From a virus (Duplodnaviria > Caudoviricetes), in the IMG/VR virus record IMGVR_UViG_3300030095_002537, positions 1-27,593 of that record: 27,593 nucleotides of DNA; one strand, written 5' to 3'. The translations under genes and the position numbers were made by a program. This document shows positions 1 through 9,271 of the stretch, one piece after another. The notes below the pieces were generated by a model that worked only from the letters and a program-made list of their open reading frames with translations, had not been told where the DNA came from and did no database searches. Position 1 is the stretch's first letter. Every line of letters begins with the position of its first letter.

Positions 1-8
1 TCTTCCAT
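1..8 (-). CDS. Probable start (ATG GAA GA..) of the next gene, running off the left edge
   Basis: ATG at 8..6 lies 9 nt after the stop of 18..1388, matching the tight packing of the operon. Only 8 nt are visible. Confidence 0.3.
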
Positions 9-17
9 AAAATAATA

Positions 18-1388
18 TTATTTTTTACCTGTAAAAAATTTAGTTAGTCTATTAAGTGGGCTTGGAGGGGTTGTATATTTAAATGTTGGTGTCATATAAA
101 GAGGTATACCATAAATAGCTTGTGATAAATACTTAGCTAATTTTTGAGAATCATCTAAAATAGAAGCATCTATTTTTTGAACAGCTTTGCCATTTTTAAC
201 CACAAAGTATTCACCATCATCATCCTTAGCCACGCTCATACCCCCATTTCTTCCCCAAGCTGTATTTAATATACTATCTTTTGTAGGGGCAGCTAGTTGT
301 TCTAAAGCTCTCATATTACCATAATTTATTCTTTCTTCTTTAGTTCTATTTTGCATTGCTGTAGATGCAGCCTGTGCATTTCTAGCTTGTAAATTTTTTA
401 TTTGTAAATCGTAAGCTCTTTGTTTATGAGAAACTAATTGTTGACTAACATAGTTATCTTCAGCTGTTTGCTGATATAATTGATCCATGTCATACTCTAG
501 TTTACTAGTATATGTTTCACCGTTTGGTGCTTCATAAAATCCAGTATTTAAATCTCTTTCAATTTCTTCGCGGGTGTAACCAGCATGATCTGCAGCTAAT
601 GATCTTAAACCATCATTACCTTTTTCTTTTAAAAATGCATCAAATCCTGCATCTATATTTTGCTGGTATAACTTACTGCCTAATGGCACACTTTGCATTA
701 CTTCTCTACCATTAACCATTTGAGCTCTTGGCTTTTGTAAGTTACTTATTATAGGGTTAGTTAATTCTGTAAAAGAAACAACTTTTTCTAAAGGCTGTGG
801 CATTTTATCTAAGCCATTAGCTGGAATGCTAAAGTCTTCTCCGTCTTTGGTTTTACCAAAAAAAGTTAATACATTATTATCATCCATTCCAAACTTACCT
901 TTATTATTAATAACAGCTTGAAAAAATTGCTCATGCTCTGGTGAATTAGCCATACTTAATGTTCCTTGAGCTAATCCTGCAGCATATTTACCGGCTAATG
1001 TTTCAATACCACTAATCATTGACTTAACCTGTGGTACTTGTCCTTGTATTTTAGCGCTTTCTTTTGCAAAAAAGTTAGTATCGATTTGGCCTTTTTCTAG
1101 TTGGCTTACTAAAGAGCTATAGTTATCTACTAAATTTCTACTAATGCCTTGTGCATATTCGTTCAATCCTTGAAATTGAGTTTCAGAAGGAATCATTAAA
1201 CTTTGAATATTTTTAGCTTTAATAGCACCTAATTCTAAATCTCTTAATCTTTTAGCTTCTCTATCTTGCTCTTGTTTTTGACGCCTTAAATTATCAGCGT
1301 CAACATTAGCAGCCATGTTATCTAAATTATTGTATGTGTCAAAAGGATTGCCAAAGCGATCCCATCTAATTGTTGATCTTACTGCCAT
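18..1388 (-). CDS. Hypothetical virion protein, probable ejection/internal core (cargo) protein
   Basis: 456-aa ORF that looks helical (Q/N/A/K-rich). It follows the tail stabilisation, GNAT and pilot-like genes, the usual position of podovirus ejection proteins. The function is inferred from synteny. Confidence 0.5.
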   Translation of the reverse strand: MAVRSTIRWDRFGNPFDTYNNLDNMAANVDADNLRRQKQEQDREAKRLRDLELGAIKAKNIQSLMIPSETQFQGLNEYAQGISRNLVDNYSSLVSQLEKGQIDTNFFAKESAKIQGQVPQVKSMISGIETLAGKYAAGLAQGTLSMANSPEHEQFFQAVINNKGKFGMDDNNVLTFFGKTKDGEDFSIPANGLDKMPQPLEKVVSFTELTNPIISNLQKPRAQMVNGREVMQSVPLGSKLYQQNIDAGFDAFLKEKGNDGLRSLAADHAGYTREEIERDLNTGFYEAPNGETYTSKLEYDMDQLYQQTAEDNYVSQQLVSHKQRAYDLQIKNLQARNAQAASTAMQNRTKEERINYGNMRALEQLAAPTKDSILNTAWGRNGGMSVAKDDDGEYFVVKNGKAVQKIDASILDDSQKLAKYLSQAIYGIPLYMTPTFKYTTPPSPLNRLTKFFTGKK

Positions 1389-1389
1389 G

Positions 1390-2883
1390 TTAATCTATTA
1401 ATTTAAATTCGACATCTAATAAACTATAATCTACCCAATCAAATCCACTGGAGTGTTTAATAACAGCATGAGAAGGGATCTCATCTGACATAACCCCTTG
1501 ATATATATTATTTGGTTTAGATTTATATTTAAAGTTATAAATTTTTAACCCCGAAGACGAATAACCTATAAGCTTAATATCTTTTTTAAGTCTTCTATCA
1601 CTAAATGCGGCTTTTGCTCCTATGTTCATAACACTAGTTAATCCCCCTAAAGCATCGCTGGTTGCTTGTTTTCTTGCATTATCCGCTGCCATTTTTCTAC
1701 CAGCGGCAATACCAAATGTATCAGTAGCCTGTGCATATTGACTTTCTTGTATATCAGCAGCCCCTGTTGCTTGTGCTAGTTGAAATGCATTTAATTGTTG
1801 TTGATTTTGCATTGCAAATTGGTTTTGAGCACCAGCGCCAAACTGAGCAGCATCGTTTATTGCATTTTGATTAGCTAATGCAAATTGATTATCTGCAGTA
1901 AATTGATTTTGTGCAAATTGATTTTGAGCTCCAGTATTAAATTGGTTCATTTGATTTTGTGCACCAAATTGTGCTAAATTACCCTGATTACCAGCCGCCG
2001 CCCCAAATTGTAAAGCTTGATTTTGTGCCTGCATATTAGCCATGGCCATTTGATTTGTTGACTGTGCACCAAACTGAGCAGCTTGATTTGCTGCGCCCGC
2101 TGTAAATTGATTAGCTTGATTCTGCGCATTAGCCCCAAACTGTGCTGCTTGGTTAGCCGCTCCTGCGGTAAATTCAGAAGCTCTATTTTGAGCTTGAGCG
2201 TTGAATTGATCTTGCCCCAAGTCAAATTGTGAAGCTAAATTACCTTGTGCTAGTTGATTTTGTTGCAGTTGAGATTCTGCTTGGGCTCTTCTTATGTTAT
2301 TGGCTGCCTCTTGTTTTTGTATATCAGCTGATATACCTGCTTTAGATTTTGCTGCTGCCGCCGCTAAAGCTGTTGCTCCACCTGCACCCGTACCTGCTTG
2401 TGCCGCAAGATCTTGGCTTGCCGCAAGAGATTGATCTGCTTCTTGCGCTGCCATTTCCGCAGCTGCTGTACTTACTTGAAGATTGTTCATTGTATTACTA
2501 AGACCCGTATCTGCTCCTCTTGCAAGCCCAGCTACATTTGTTCCTTGTGCTGTATACCCTTGAGAATCATATCCTTGTCCTTCATACCCTTGGCTTGAAT
2601 AACCTTGAGCTGAACCTTGTGCTGCATCATAACCTTGCATTGCACCTAATGTGCCCATTTGAGCTTGCGCAGCCGGGCCTAATGTTGCAGATTCCGCAAC
2701 AGAAGCATCATATACCGATGCATCCCCTAGTGTGTTAGCTTCTAAATTTTCAAATGGATCTTCAAAAGCAAAATCTGTGACTCCCGCTTTTGCTTGATCA
2801 AATTCTTGATTAGCCGCACGTTGTTCACGTCTTCTTTTTCGTCCGCCAAATAATGACGCAACTCCTTTAACTATACTTCCCAT
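1390..2883 (-). CDS. Probable ejection/DNA-pilot protein with Q/N/A 11-residue repeats and a C-terminal peptidase S74-like (intramolecular chaperone) domain
   Basis: Amphipathic N-terminus MGSIVKGVASLFGG followed by a basic patch, a GAGGATALAAAA segment, QGY pentapeptide repeats and hendecad repeats. The C-terminus FSDRRLKKDIKLIG...IYNFKYK...QGVMSDEI...VDYS is typical of S74 domains. Confidence 0.65.
   Translation of the reverse strand: MGSIVKGVASLFGGRKRRREQRAANQEFDQAKAGVTDFAFEDPFENLEANTLGDASVYDASVAESATLGPAAQAQMGTLGAMQGYDAAQGSAQGYSSQGYEGQGYDSQGYTAQGTNVAGLARGADTGLSNTMNNLQVSTAAAEMAAQEADQSLAASQDLAAQAGTGAGGATALAAAAAKSKAGISADIQKQEAANNIRRAQAESQLQQNQLAQGNLASQFDLGQDQFNAQAQNRASEFTAGAANQAAQFGANAQNQANQFTAGAANQAAQFGAQSTNQMAMANMQAQNQALQFGAAAGNQGNLAQFGAQNQMNQFNTGAQNQFAQNQFTADNQFALANQNAINDAAQFGAGAQNQFAMQNQQQLNAFQLAQATGAADIQESQYAQATDTFGIAAGRKMAADNARKQATSDALGGLTSVMNIGAKAAFSDRRLKKDIKLIGYSSSGLKIYNFKYKSKPNNIYQGVMSDEIPSHAVIKHSSGFDWVDYSLLDVEFKLID
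1798..2193 (-). repeat. 12 tandem 33-nt (11-aa) degenerate coding repeats, consensus A[QA]NQ[AF]xQFxAx
   Basis: AQNRASEFTAG/AANQAAQFGAN/AQNQANQFTAG/AANQAAQFGAQ/STNQMAMANMQ/AQNQALQFGAA/AGNQGNLAQFG/AQNQMNQFNTG/AQNQFAQNQFT/ADNQFALANQN/AINDAAQFGAG/AQNQFAMQNQQ. Asn is at position 3 in every unit. Confidence 0.9.
2533..2637 (-). repeat. Approximately 15-nt (5-aa) QGYxx coding repeats
   Basis: QGYDA-AQGSA-QGYSS-QGYEG-QGYDS-QGYTA-QGTNV. CCTTG recurs on the + strand at 2543, 2558, 2573, 2588, 2603, 2615 and 2633. Confidence 0.85.
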
Positions 2884-3323
2884 TAGTATTTCATTATTAA
2901 TTCGTAAGATGGAGTTTCATCTACATAATACTCCGCTTGTTTATATTTATCTAATAATATCCCTCTCTTTGCCCAAGCAAATGCGTATTTATACCCCATG
3001 TCTTCTGCAAAATCCGTGGTAAAATCTACTAAGAGTTGCAATGCATCACTTCTGTCTGTGTCTTGATAAGATTTATCACTTACAACAACAGCTGGAATCG
3101 CAGTCTTACTATTTGTCATCCATAACCACATAGCAGCAATAGGATCTTCTCCTTTGCAAACCATGAAGCCACCTAGACCTTTTCTTTTTTTTTCTTGTTT
3201 ATCACCTATTTTAAATGAGCCAGGTAAAAAGTCTCGTGGAAAACCTTCTAAGTTATAAGCTTCCCACCAACTTGGTAAAAAATCCCAATCGGATTCTTGT
3301 AATTTTCGTACTTGTAATTTCAT
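2883..3323 (-). CDS. GNAT-fold (acetyltransferase-like) virion assembly protein
   Basis: 146 aa with a GNAT-like pattern: VRKL..SDW..L..WW, GFMV.KG..PIAA.WL, helix ALQLLVDF..DFAEDMGYKYAFAW, LL.KY. It sits between the tail and ejection genes, like T7 gp13 and P22 gp14. Confidence 0.6.
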   Translation of the reverse strand: MKLQVRKLQESDWDFLPSWWEAYNLEGFPRDFLPGSFKIGDKQEKKRKGLGGFMVCKGEDPIAAMWLWMTNSKTAIPAVVVSDKSYQDTDRSDALQLLVDFTTDFAEDMGYKYAFAWAKRGILLDKYKQAEYYVDETPSYELIMKY

Positions 3324-3328
3324 ATAAT

Positions 3329-3568
3329 TTAATTTGAAGAATATACACTTTCTGCATTAAGTGCAAAAAGCTCTTTTTTTGTTGAAGCTTGAGCAACAGG
3401 TAAAGATAATTTAACTGCTGCAAAAGCTCCTTTTATACCACTAACAATTTTATTTCCATTAGCTTGAATTGCACCGTTAACTACAATATAATCTGCTTCT
3501 TCTGAAGCGATAGGAGCAAAAAATTTGCCTTCTTTTTCTTGAAACGGAAAAGTTACTAATGCGCTCAT
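3329..3568 (-). CDS. Small protein resembling the detached C-terminal segment of the tail stabilisation protein
   Basis: The motifs F.EKEGKFF, SGIKG.FA.VKL and KELFA...E...SS resemble the usual C-terminus of crAss-like stabilisation proteins as I recall the family. It starts 1 nt after the upstream stop (TAA T ATG). Confidence 0.6.
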   Translation of the reverse strand: MSALVTFPFQEKEGKFFAPIASEEADYIVVNGAIQANGNKIVSGIKGAFAAVKLSLPVAQASTKKELFALNAESVYSSN

Positions 3569-3569
3569 A

Positions 3570-6500
3570 TTATGCTTGTGTTATTGTTATTGTTTGACCA
3601 GCCAACGGCGAAGAACCACCTTGAATTCTAGTGTTAAGACAAGCAATATTTGCGTCTACTGTTCTTAAGGATCCTGTTCCATTAGCGTCAGCACTAATTG
3701 TAAAACTATCTCCAGGATTTACAACCGCTGTTCCATTTACTCCATTAAACTTAATCCAACCAGTTCCAAAGCCTCCATTATCAGCAGGGGTTACAGAAAT
3801 TTGAACATTCCATGTATTTGAAATTGTAATTGCTGTACCCGCTGTAACTAAATTTGCTGTTGCAGGTATACTTCCTAACGTTGCGGTTATTGGCGTATAA
3901 GTTCCTAAAGTAGCTGTTGCTATTGTATTTACTGTTAAGTTAGGTAATTGCACACTAAAAGTTAAAATTCCATCATTACTGCTTAAAGCTGGGGTAATTG
4001 TTACACCCCCTACATTATAAGATACAGTTTGTGATGATGTAGTTAATACCTGCGTATCAGTACAAGTATACACAATTGTTGCTAATCTTAAATTAGGATT
4101 ATCAAAAGGTGAAATATAATATGCTGTTCCAGCGGCTGTTCCTGCAGGTGTATTAAAAAATCCCGGATCACTTCCAAATGAAATAGCTGTCCATATTAGT
4201 GTTGGTTTTAATGTTGCCGAACCTGTTACCGTTATAGTACCAGCTGTTGCTGTTGTAGGCACCGTTACAGGAATTTCATAATTTACATTATCTCCACTTT
4301 GAATTGCGGTAGCAGAGCCAATACTCGTGCTAGCTGGCATACCGCTAGTATTAATTACAATATTATTATTATCAACATAATAATTAGAAAATGCAACTGC
4401 CGTAAATTGTATATTATTACTACCCGATGTATTAAATATTTGAGAAGCTGGAGTTATATTTGAATTTGAAATAGTATCTATAGTGTTTACAGTTAATAAA
4501 GCAACTGTAAATGCTAATTCAGCTCCGGTCCCACCAATATCTAATGTTTGTATAGAATTACTTGATCCTACAACATGAGATACTTGAAAAACTAATTGCC
4601 CATCTGTTATAGTCGAAGGGTTAGTAACCGATAATGTGCTTCCTGCAGCAGGAGTTAAAGTTACATTAGTAACATTAGAAAATTTAAATTGTGAATTTAA
4701 AGGAGAAACAAATATAGCCCAAAAAATTTGTTCATTTTGTTTATTAGTACTAGTATTAGCTCCGTTAAATATAGAATTAGGTGCAGCACCATTTAATTGT
4801 AATGTTGTATCAAAAGTTGTGGCTGTTGTTGGAATTGATCCAATATTAGAAATATCAGTTTCAACATAAGATAGTTCCCACCCACTGTCACCTTCATATG
4901 CTAAAGTATTAAATTGCTTTACTAAAGAAGGAGCGTCGTTAAATACAGGAATTACATAAGATTCTTGTGTTCCACTATTATAAAAATTGTTTCTTGTTAC
5001 ATTAGGGCTATGATGTTGCCATAAACTACCTCCACTAAAAGTATAATAACTGTTATTTAAAGATAACCCACCTTCTTGTTTAAATCCTCTAAATGAGGTC
5101 CACCCATTTGAGCGATCATCAAAACAAGCTGTTAAATAACCTTGGCTAGCTGTAGCCACATTAGTATCTTTATTACCATCTAAACCGCTACCTATTATAG
5201 TTAATTCATATAACCTACTATATTCATCGTAAGATCCTATAACTTGGTCAGACGCTTTTAAAGCATCTCTAAAAAAATCACCTAATCCTACTGTAGATAT
5301 TTCTTGAATACCATTTTGAGATAATCTTAAAACAACTCCTCTGTTTTTATCTGTAAAATATTTAGAAAATCCAAAAGTTGCAAAAGATTGAGGGTCTTTA
5401 GCAATACCATATTGCCCTGCAAACGGTGCTACTGTACCTAAAAACTGTGTATTACTAGTTACAGGAACCGCTCCTCCTTCCGCTGAATAAATAAAATCTT
5501 TATTAATAGGAGACCTAGAAACTTTATCCTCTTGAAACACATTTATAGATGTATCATCAGTAAATAATTTTTGGATTGAACCATCTTGGGGGTCTAAAGA
5601 TATAGTTAAACCTCCCTCTGCTTCGTTAAACTGATTTATATAATTTATACCAGTTCTTGAATTTAATAATCCACTAGAGTGTATTAAAGTATTATTTCTT
5701 CTTTCTTCTGTAAAATTTTCTTGTACTACATAAGCTCTAACACCAACATTAAAAGCAGGTTCATTATATCCAGCTCTAATTCTATTTATTTCAATATGAT
5801 CATCACCAACCCCTCCTGGATCAAATGTTAATAATATACAATTAAAAAAATTAATATCTATAGCTGTAGCCGGTATTGCACTTGATCCATCATCGTTTAA
5901 TACTCTACCTCCTGTTGAAGTTTCAAAAAATATATCTAATTCTGAACTTACAGGCTCGGTTTCATATACAACTAATCCAGAACTTACAGAAGCTCCACTA
6001 TTGTCTATTGTAGTAACTAAAGCGTCCCCTGACGGGTTTGCAATAGACTGTACAGATGTAAGAGCATTATAAGGAGAGCTATATACATTTCCTCCGTTTA
6101 CATATTTAGGATATACAGAAACATTACAAGGAGAAATAGTTGATGAAGTACTAGGAGGTATTGTTGCTGTAGGGTCTCTAGGTATTTTATTAATACTATC
6201 GCCTAATCTTTCAATATTATTAGCTCCAGTAATTACTGATATCCAATTATAATATTCTTGTTCTCTTTGTTTTACTACGACTCTATATGAGTATGCCCAA
6301 TCAGGAATTTGAGTTGTATCTGTAAAGGTTATTCTTAATGCATTAAAAGCTGTTGTTGAACTTGCATTACCATATCCAGGATCTATAAATACTGTATCTA
6401 CACCTGAGCTAGATAATATCACAGGGGATTGTCTTCCAAATTTATCTGCTAAAACTATTCCTACTTGATAAGTACGTCTTGATTTTACCGATTGATTTTC

Positions 6501-7592
6501 TAATATACCATTTCTAGCAGATGTTTCAGATGTAGGTGTTACTGTAAATGCTATTTGTGGTATGTTAAAATTTTGTAAAAAATTACCGTATACTAATCTA
6601 CCACCAGCTACATCTTGAGCTAATGCTTTTTTTGGCACCGCATCATATACTCTTGTAAGTTGATCTGGAGGTAAAGTTCTAAATGGATCCGTAGAAGAAT
6701 AAGTAAAGTTAACAAAAGGTTCTGTAGTCACTTCTTTATCGCTAACTACATATAAAGTTCCGTTACCAGCTTCTTGATAAATTAACTCTACACTAGTAAT
6801 ACCATAGTTAACAGGTGTAGGTATTTGTAGTTGTACCTGGTTAATTGCGTTTACAAATGTTTCTATTTCTCCAAAATTACCTAAAGATACACTAATTGTA
6901 TCAGTTTCAGTTAATCTAGAAAAAATTACAGGTGTAAAAGGTGCTAATGTACTGTATTCACTATCATCAAATTGCCATCTATAAGAAAATCTTATTAGCT
7001 TATCTTCCATGAATGTAGAAGTAATACTAGATTCTTTTGTTGCAGTAACTAAAGTTGCCGACTCATAAGGTGCAAATTTAGCAACAGAAATTAAATTGTC
7101 AATATCTGGAGCAGACCCATAGTACGTTGTATTAGTTCTAGCTGTAACCACATTAATTTTTCTTGGACAATTTCTATTATCTGTCCAGAACAAAAGATCA
7201 TCTACAATATTAATTCCAGTAATAGGATAATTTTGATGTAAATTTAATTGTGATGTAACTATTAATGCTGTAGTTTGTTTAGTTTTTTGATCATATTCAA
7301 AAAGACCATGCTGCCCATTGTTTGTTTCATTATATATTGAGTTGTTAGTAACAAAAAAATATATCTTTTCTGTTTTACTATCACTTACAACACCAATACA
7401 TTTAGCATTAGTAATACTACAATTAGCTGCTAATTCATTACCTAATAAATTTTCAATAGCACCTACATCTGAAGCTTCTGACTGCCCTATATTAGCATTA
7501 AAAGCTTCTCGGTATTCACCCGGAGGTACAATTCTATCATCTAAATCGCGGTTCATTTTTCCACGATTAAATGTTCTTTTAATTTCTGGCAT
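3570..7592 (-). CDS. Tail stabilisation / muzzle protein (P22 gp10-like) with a C-terminal Ig-like extension
   Basis: 1340 aa. Characteristic motifs are MPEIKRTF.RGKMNRDLDDRIVPPGEYR.A.N, LLFWTDNRN.PRKIN, VKSRRTYQVGIVLADKFGRQSPV, YFTDKNRG.VLRLS.NG and GWTSF. The last ~420 aa are T/S/V-rich beta strands. Confidence 0.8.
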   Translation of the reverse strand: MPEIKRTFNRGKMNRDLDDRIVPPGEYREAFNANIGQSEASDVGAIENLLGNELAANCSITNAKCIGVVSDSKTEKIYFFVTNNSIYNETNNGQHGLFEYDQKTKQTTALIVTSQLNLHQNYPITGINIVDDLLFWTDNRNCPRKINVVTARTNTTYYGSAPDIDNLISVAKFAPYESATLVTATKESSITSTFMEDKLIRFSYRWQFDDSEYSTLAPFTPVIFSRLTETDTISVSLGNFGEIETFVNAINQVQLQIPTPVNYGITSVELIYQEAGNGTLYVVSDKEVTTEPFVNFTYSSTDPFRTLPPDQLTRVYDAVPKKALAQDVAGGRLVYGNFLQNFNIPQIAFTVTPTSETSARNGILENQSVKSRRTYQVGIVLADKFGRQSPVILSSSGVDTVFIDPGYGNASSTTAFNALRITFTDTTQIPDWAYSYRVVVKQREQEYYNWISVITGANNIERLGDSINKIPRDPTATIPPSTSSTISPCNVSVYPKYVNGGNVYSSPYNALTSVQSIANPSGDALVTTIDNSGASVSSGLVVYETEPVSSELDIFFETSTGGRVLNDDGSSAIPATAIDINFFNCILLTFDPGGVGDDHIEINRIRAGYNEPAFNVGVRAYVVQENFTEERRNNTLIHSSGLLNSRTGINYINQFNEAEGGLTISLDPQDGSIQKLFTDDTSINVFQEDKVSRSPINKDFIYSAEGGAVPVTSNTQFLGTVAPFAGQYGIAKDPQSFATFGFSKYFTDKNRGVVLRLSQNGIQEISTVGLGDFFRDALKASDQVIGSYDEYSRLYELTIIGSGLDGNKDTNVATASQGYLTACFDDRSNGWTSFRGFKQEGGLSLNNSYYTFSGGSLWQHHSPNVTRNNFYNSGTQESYVIPVFNDAPSLVKQFNTLAYEGDSGWELSYVETDISNIGSIPTTATTFDTTLQLNGAAPNSIFNGANTSTNKQNEQIFWAIFVSPLNSQFKFSNVTNVTLTPAAGSTLSVTNPSTITDGQLVFQVSHVVGSSNSIQTLDIGGTGAELAFTVALLTVNTIDTISNSNITPASQIFNTSGSNNIQFTAVAFSNYYVDNNNIVINTSGMPASTSIGSATAIQSGDNVNYEIPVTVPTTATAGTITVTGSATLKPTLIWTAISFGSDPGFFNTPAGTAAGTAYYISPFDNPNLRLATIVYTCTDTQVLTTSSQTVSYNVGGVTITPALSSNDGILTFSVQLPNLTVNTIATATLGTYTPITATLGSIPATANLVTAGTAITISNTWNVQISVTPADNGGFGTGWIKFNGVNGTAVVNPGDSFTISADANGTGSLRTVDANIACLNTRIQGGSSPLAGQTITITQA

Positions 7593-7601
7593 AAAACTTA
7601 A

Positions 7602-8528
7602 TTAATGTTTAATCCACTTCGCTTTATTACGGAATATGTTTGTCATTTCCGCTACTTTCATATTTGCAATTCTTATTTTTGCATTTCTTGTTTTTGCATA
7701 AGCTTCTTTTTTATATAAAGGAGCCGCTCCGGCAGATGTTGGACGTATTTTACAGAGGTTATATAGCATAGTTGCCATTACAGCATCTTCAGCCATTTTA
7801 GGCACTAATACATTATCAAAATTACCATTATCTCCTAACCCGTCAGATATATAAGTTAAAGTTATATATGTATCTTGCGGAATACTAGTAGGAAAATATA
7901 TTTGGCCTGCATTTAAATCTAATACAAAATTACCATTCATATTAGCATACTCTGGCTCTAGACCATATCTAGCCCCAAAATATCCAAAATAATTAGGTTG
8001 ATCAAAATAACCATAATAATATGTGCTAGCTAATTCTTCAGCTTCAACTGCATTGTGACTTTGATATCTATCTATAGTTTCTGATGTTTCTGCATAAATA
8101 ATATTACCGTCTTGATCATATAAGTAATGATAATTTTCATCTTGCGCAACTCCTTGATTAGCGTAAGTCGCGTTACTTGGTAATATAGTTCTCATTACAC
8201 CGGTATTGTCAGTCCATTGAACTTTTACATAATTTACATAATCAGAGGGCAAAGACATTTGCCTCATAGAGTTTAATTGTATTTCAATAGATTTTTCAGA
8301 ATGAAAAGTATCATAACTAAATTCTTGAACTGCTCTTTGCGCCCAATAAGCTACTTCATATCTTGGTACTTTTGTTAAAACTTTACCATCCCCAATATAT
8401 GCTACAATAAAACTATTTATTATATCATTTAAATTTGTTCTCCTGTAATATCCAGGGATAGCTAATCCAGTCCCACCATCTAAAGCGGAATAATTATCTA
8501 CATCTAAAGGTTTTCTTGATAATGCCAT
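7602..8528 (-). CDS. Head-tail connector / tail ring (tubular) protein
   Basis: 308 aa with motifs L.DIIN.F..AY.G..K, R..QEFSYDT, LP.DYVNYVK, LTYISDG and VPKMAEDA. It lies directly upstream of the stabilisation gene, as in crAss-like gene order. Confidence 0.65.
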   Translation of the reverse strand: MALSRKPLDVDNYSALDGGTGLAIPGYYRRTNLNDIINSFIVAYIGDGKVLTKVPRYEVAYWAQRAVQEFSYDTFHSEKSIEIQLNSMRQMSLPSDYVNYVKVQWTDNTGVMRTILPSNATYANQGVAQDENYHYLYDQDGNIIYAETSETIDRYQSHNAVEAEELASTYYYGYFDQPNYFGYFGARYGLEPEYANMNGNFVLDLNAGQIYFPTSIPQDTYITLTYISDGLGDNGNFDNVLVPKMAEDAVMATMLYNLCKIRPTSAGAAPLYKKEAYAKTRNAKIRIANMKVAEMTNIFRNKAKWIKH

Positions 8529-9245
8529 CTATTGTTCTTGTGAAGTATTTTGATTTTCTTTGCCTTGTGCAAAACCAGCTACATCTTGTTGTTTTATAAC
8601 TACACCAGAATAATTAAGTATTTTAACTACTAAATTATTTTCTTCTGAAGGATGTAATTCAAAGTTATAAGATTTTGCAGCAGTATCATAGCTATCGTTA
8701 GCAGGATCAAAAACAGTAGGATCATAATATGGAATTGTACCTTGAAGTACATAACCCCATTTTGGTCTTATAGGTTTTTTTAAATAGTCTAATTTTACAC
8801 CTGATGTTATATCACTAGGGTATACTACCACACCTGTATTACTCAACGTATAAACCGGCTGAGTTTTAACAGGATAAGTTAAAGGGGTTAAGTTAATATA
8901 CTTAATTTCTTCGTGAGAAGCCCTGTCTGCAACTACATCTGATACAGAAACTATACCCACCCTATATAAATCTGATGGGTATGTAAATTCATCTCCTGCT
9001 TTAGTTAGTGTACCTGATTTATAAAATACATTTATTTTTTCTGCTAAATATGTATTTGGGTCAGAAAAATCACTTGTTAAAAAAGCATTTAATTCATAGC
9101 CTGCTTCTCTAGCAAAGTAACTTGCAAAAATTTCATTTTGTGCTTGTTCTGCCAACCTATTAAATTCATCCGGTGTTATATAACCTCTGTTATCTTTGTT
9201 AGTTATAACAAGAACCGTTTGGTATACATTATTTATATTAACCAT
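8529..9245 (-). CDS. Head-tail connector / ring protein
   Basis: 238 aa with motifs VY.TVL.I.NK..RGYITP.EFN.LA..AQ.EIF, Y.KKP..PKWGY and FELH.SEE..LV.KIL.Y.G. It is syntenic with crAss-like neck genes. Confidence 0.6.
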   Translation of the reverse strand: MVNINNVYQTVLVITNKDNRGYITPDEFNRLAEQAQNEIFASYFAREAGYELNAFLTSDFSDPNTYLAEKINVFYKSGTLTKAGDEFTYPSDLYRVGIVSVSDVVADRASHEEIKYINLTPLTYPVKTQPVYTLSNTGVVVYPSDITSGVKLDYLKKPIRPKWGYVLQGTIPYYDPTVFDPANDSYDTAAKSYNFELHPSEENNLVVKILNYSGVVIKQQDVAGFAQGKENQNTSQEQ

Positions 9246-9271
9246 GTATTTTTGTTTATTATTAATTTAGT

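Noticed and set aside
1974-2225. 83-aa +1 ORF within the hendecad repeats
   Set aside because: The host frame is A/Q/N/F/G-rich with almost no NTA codons, so stop absence is expected.
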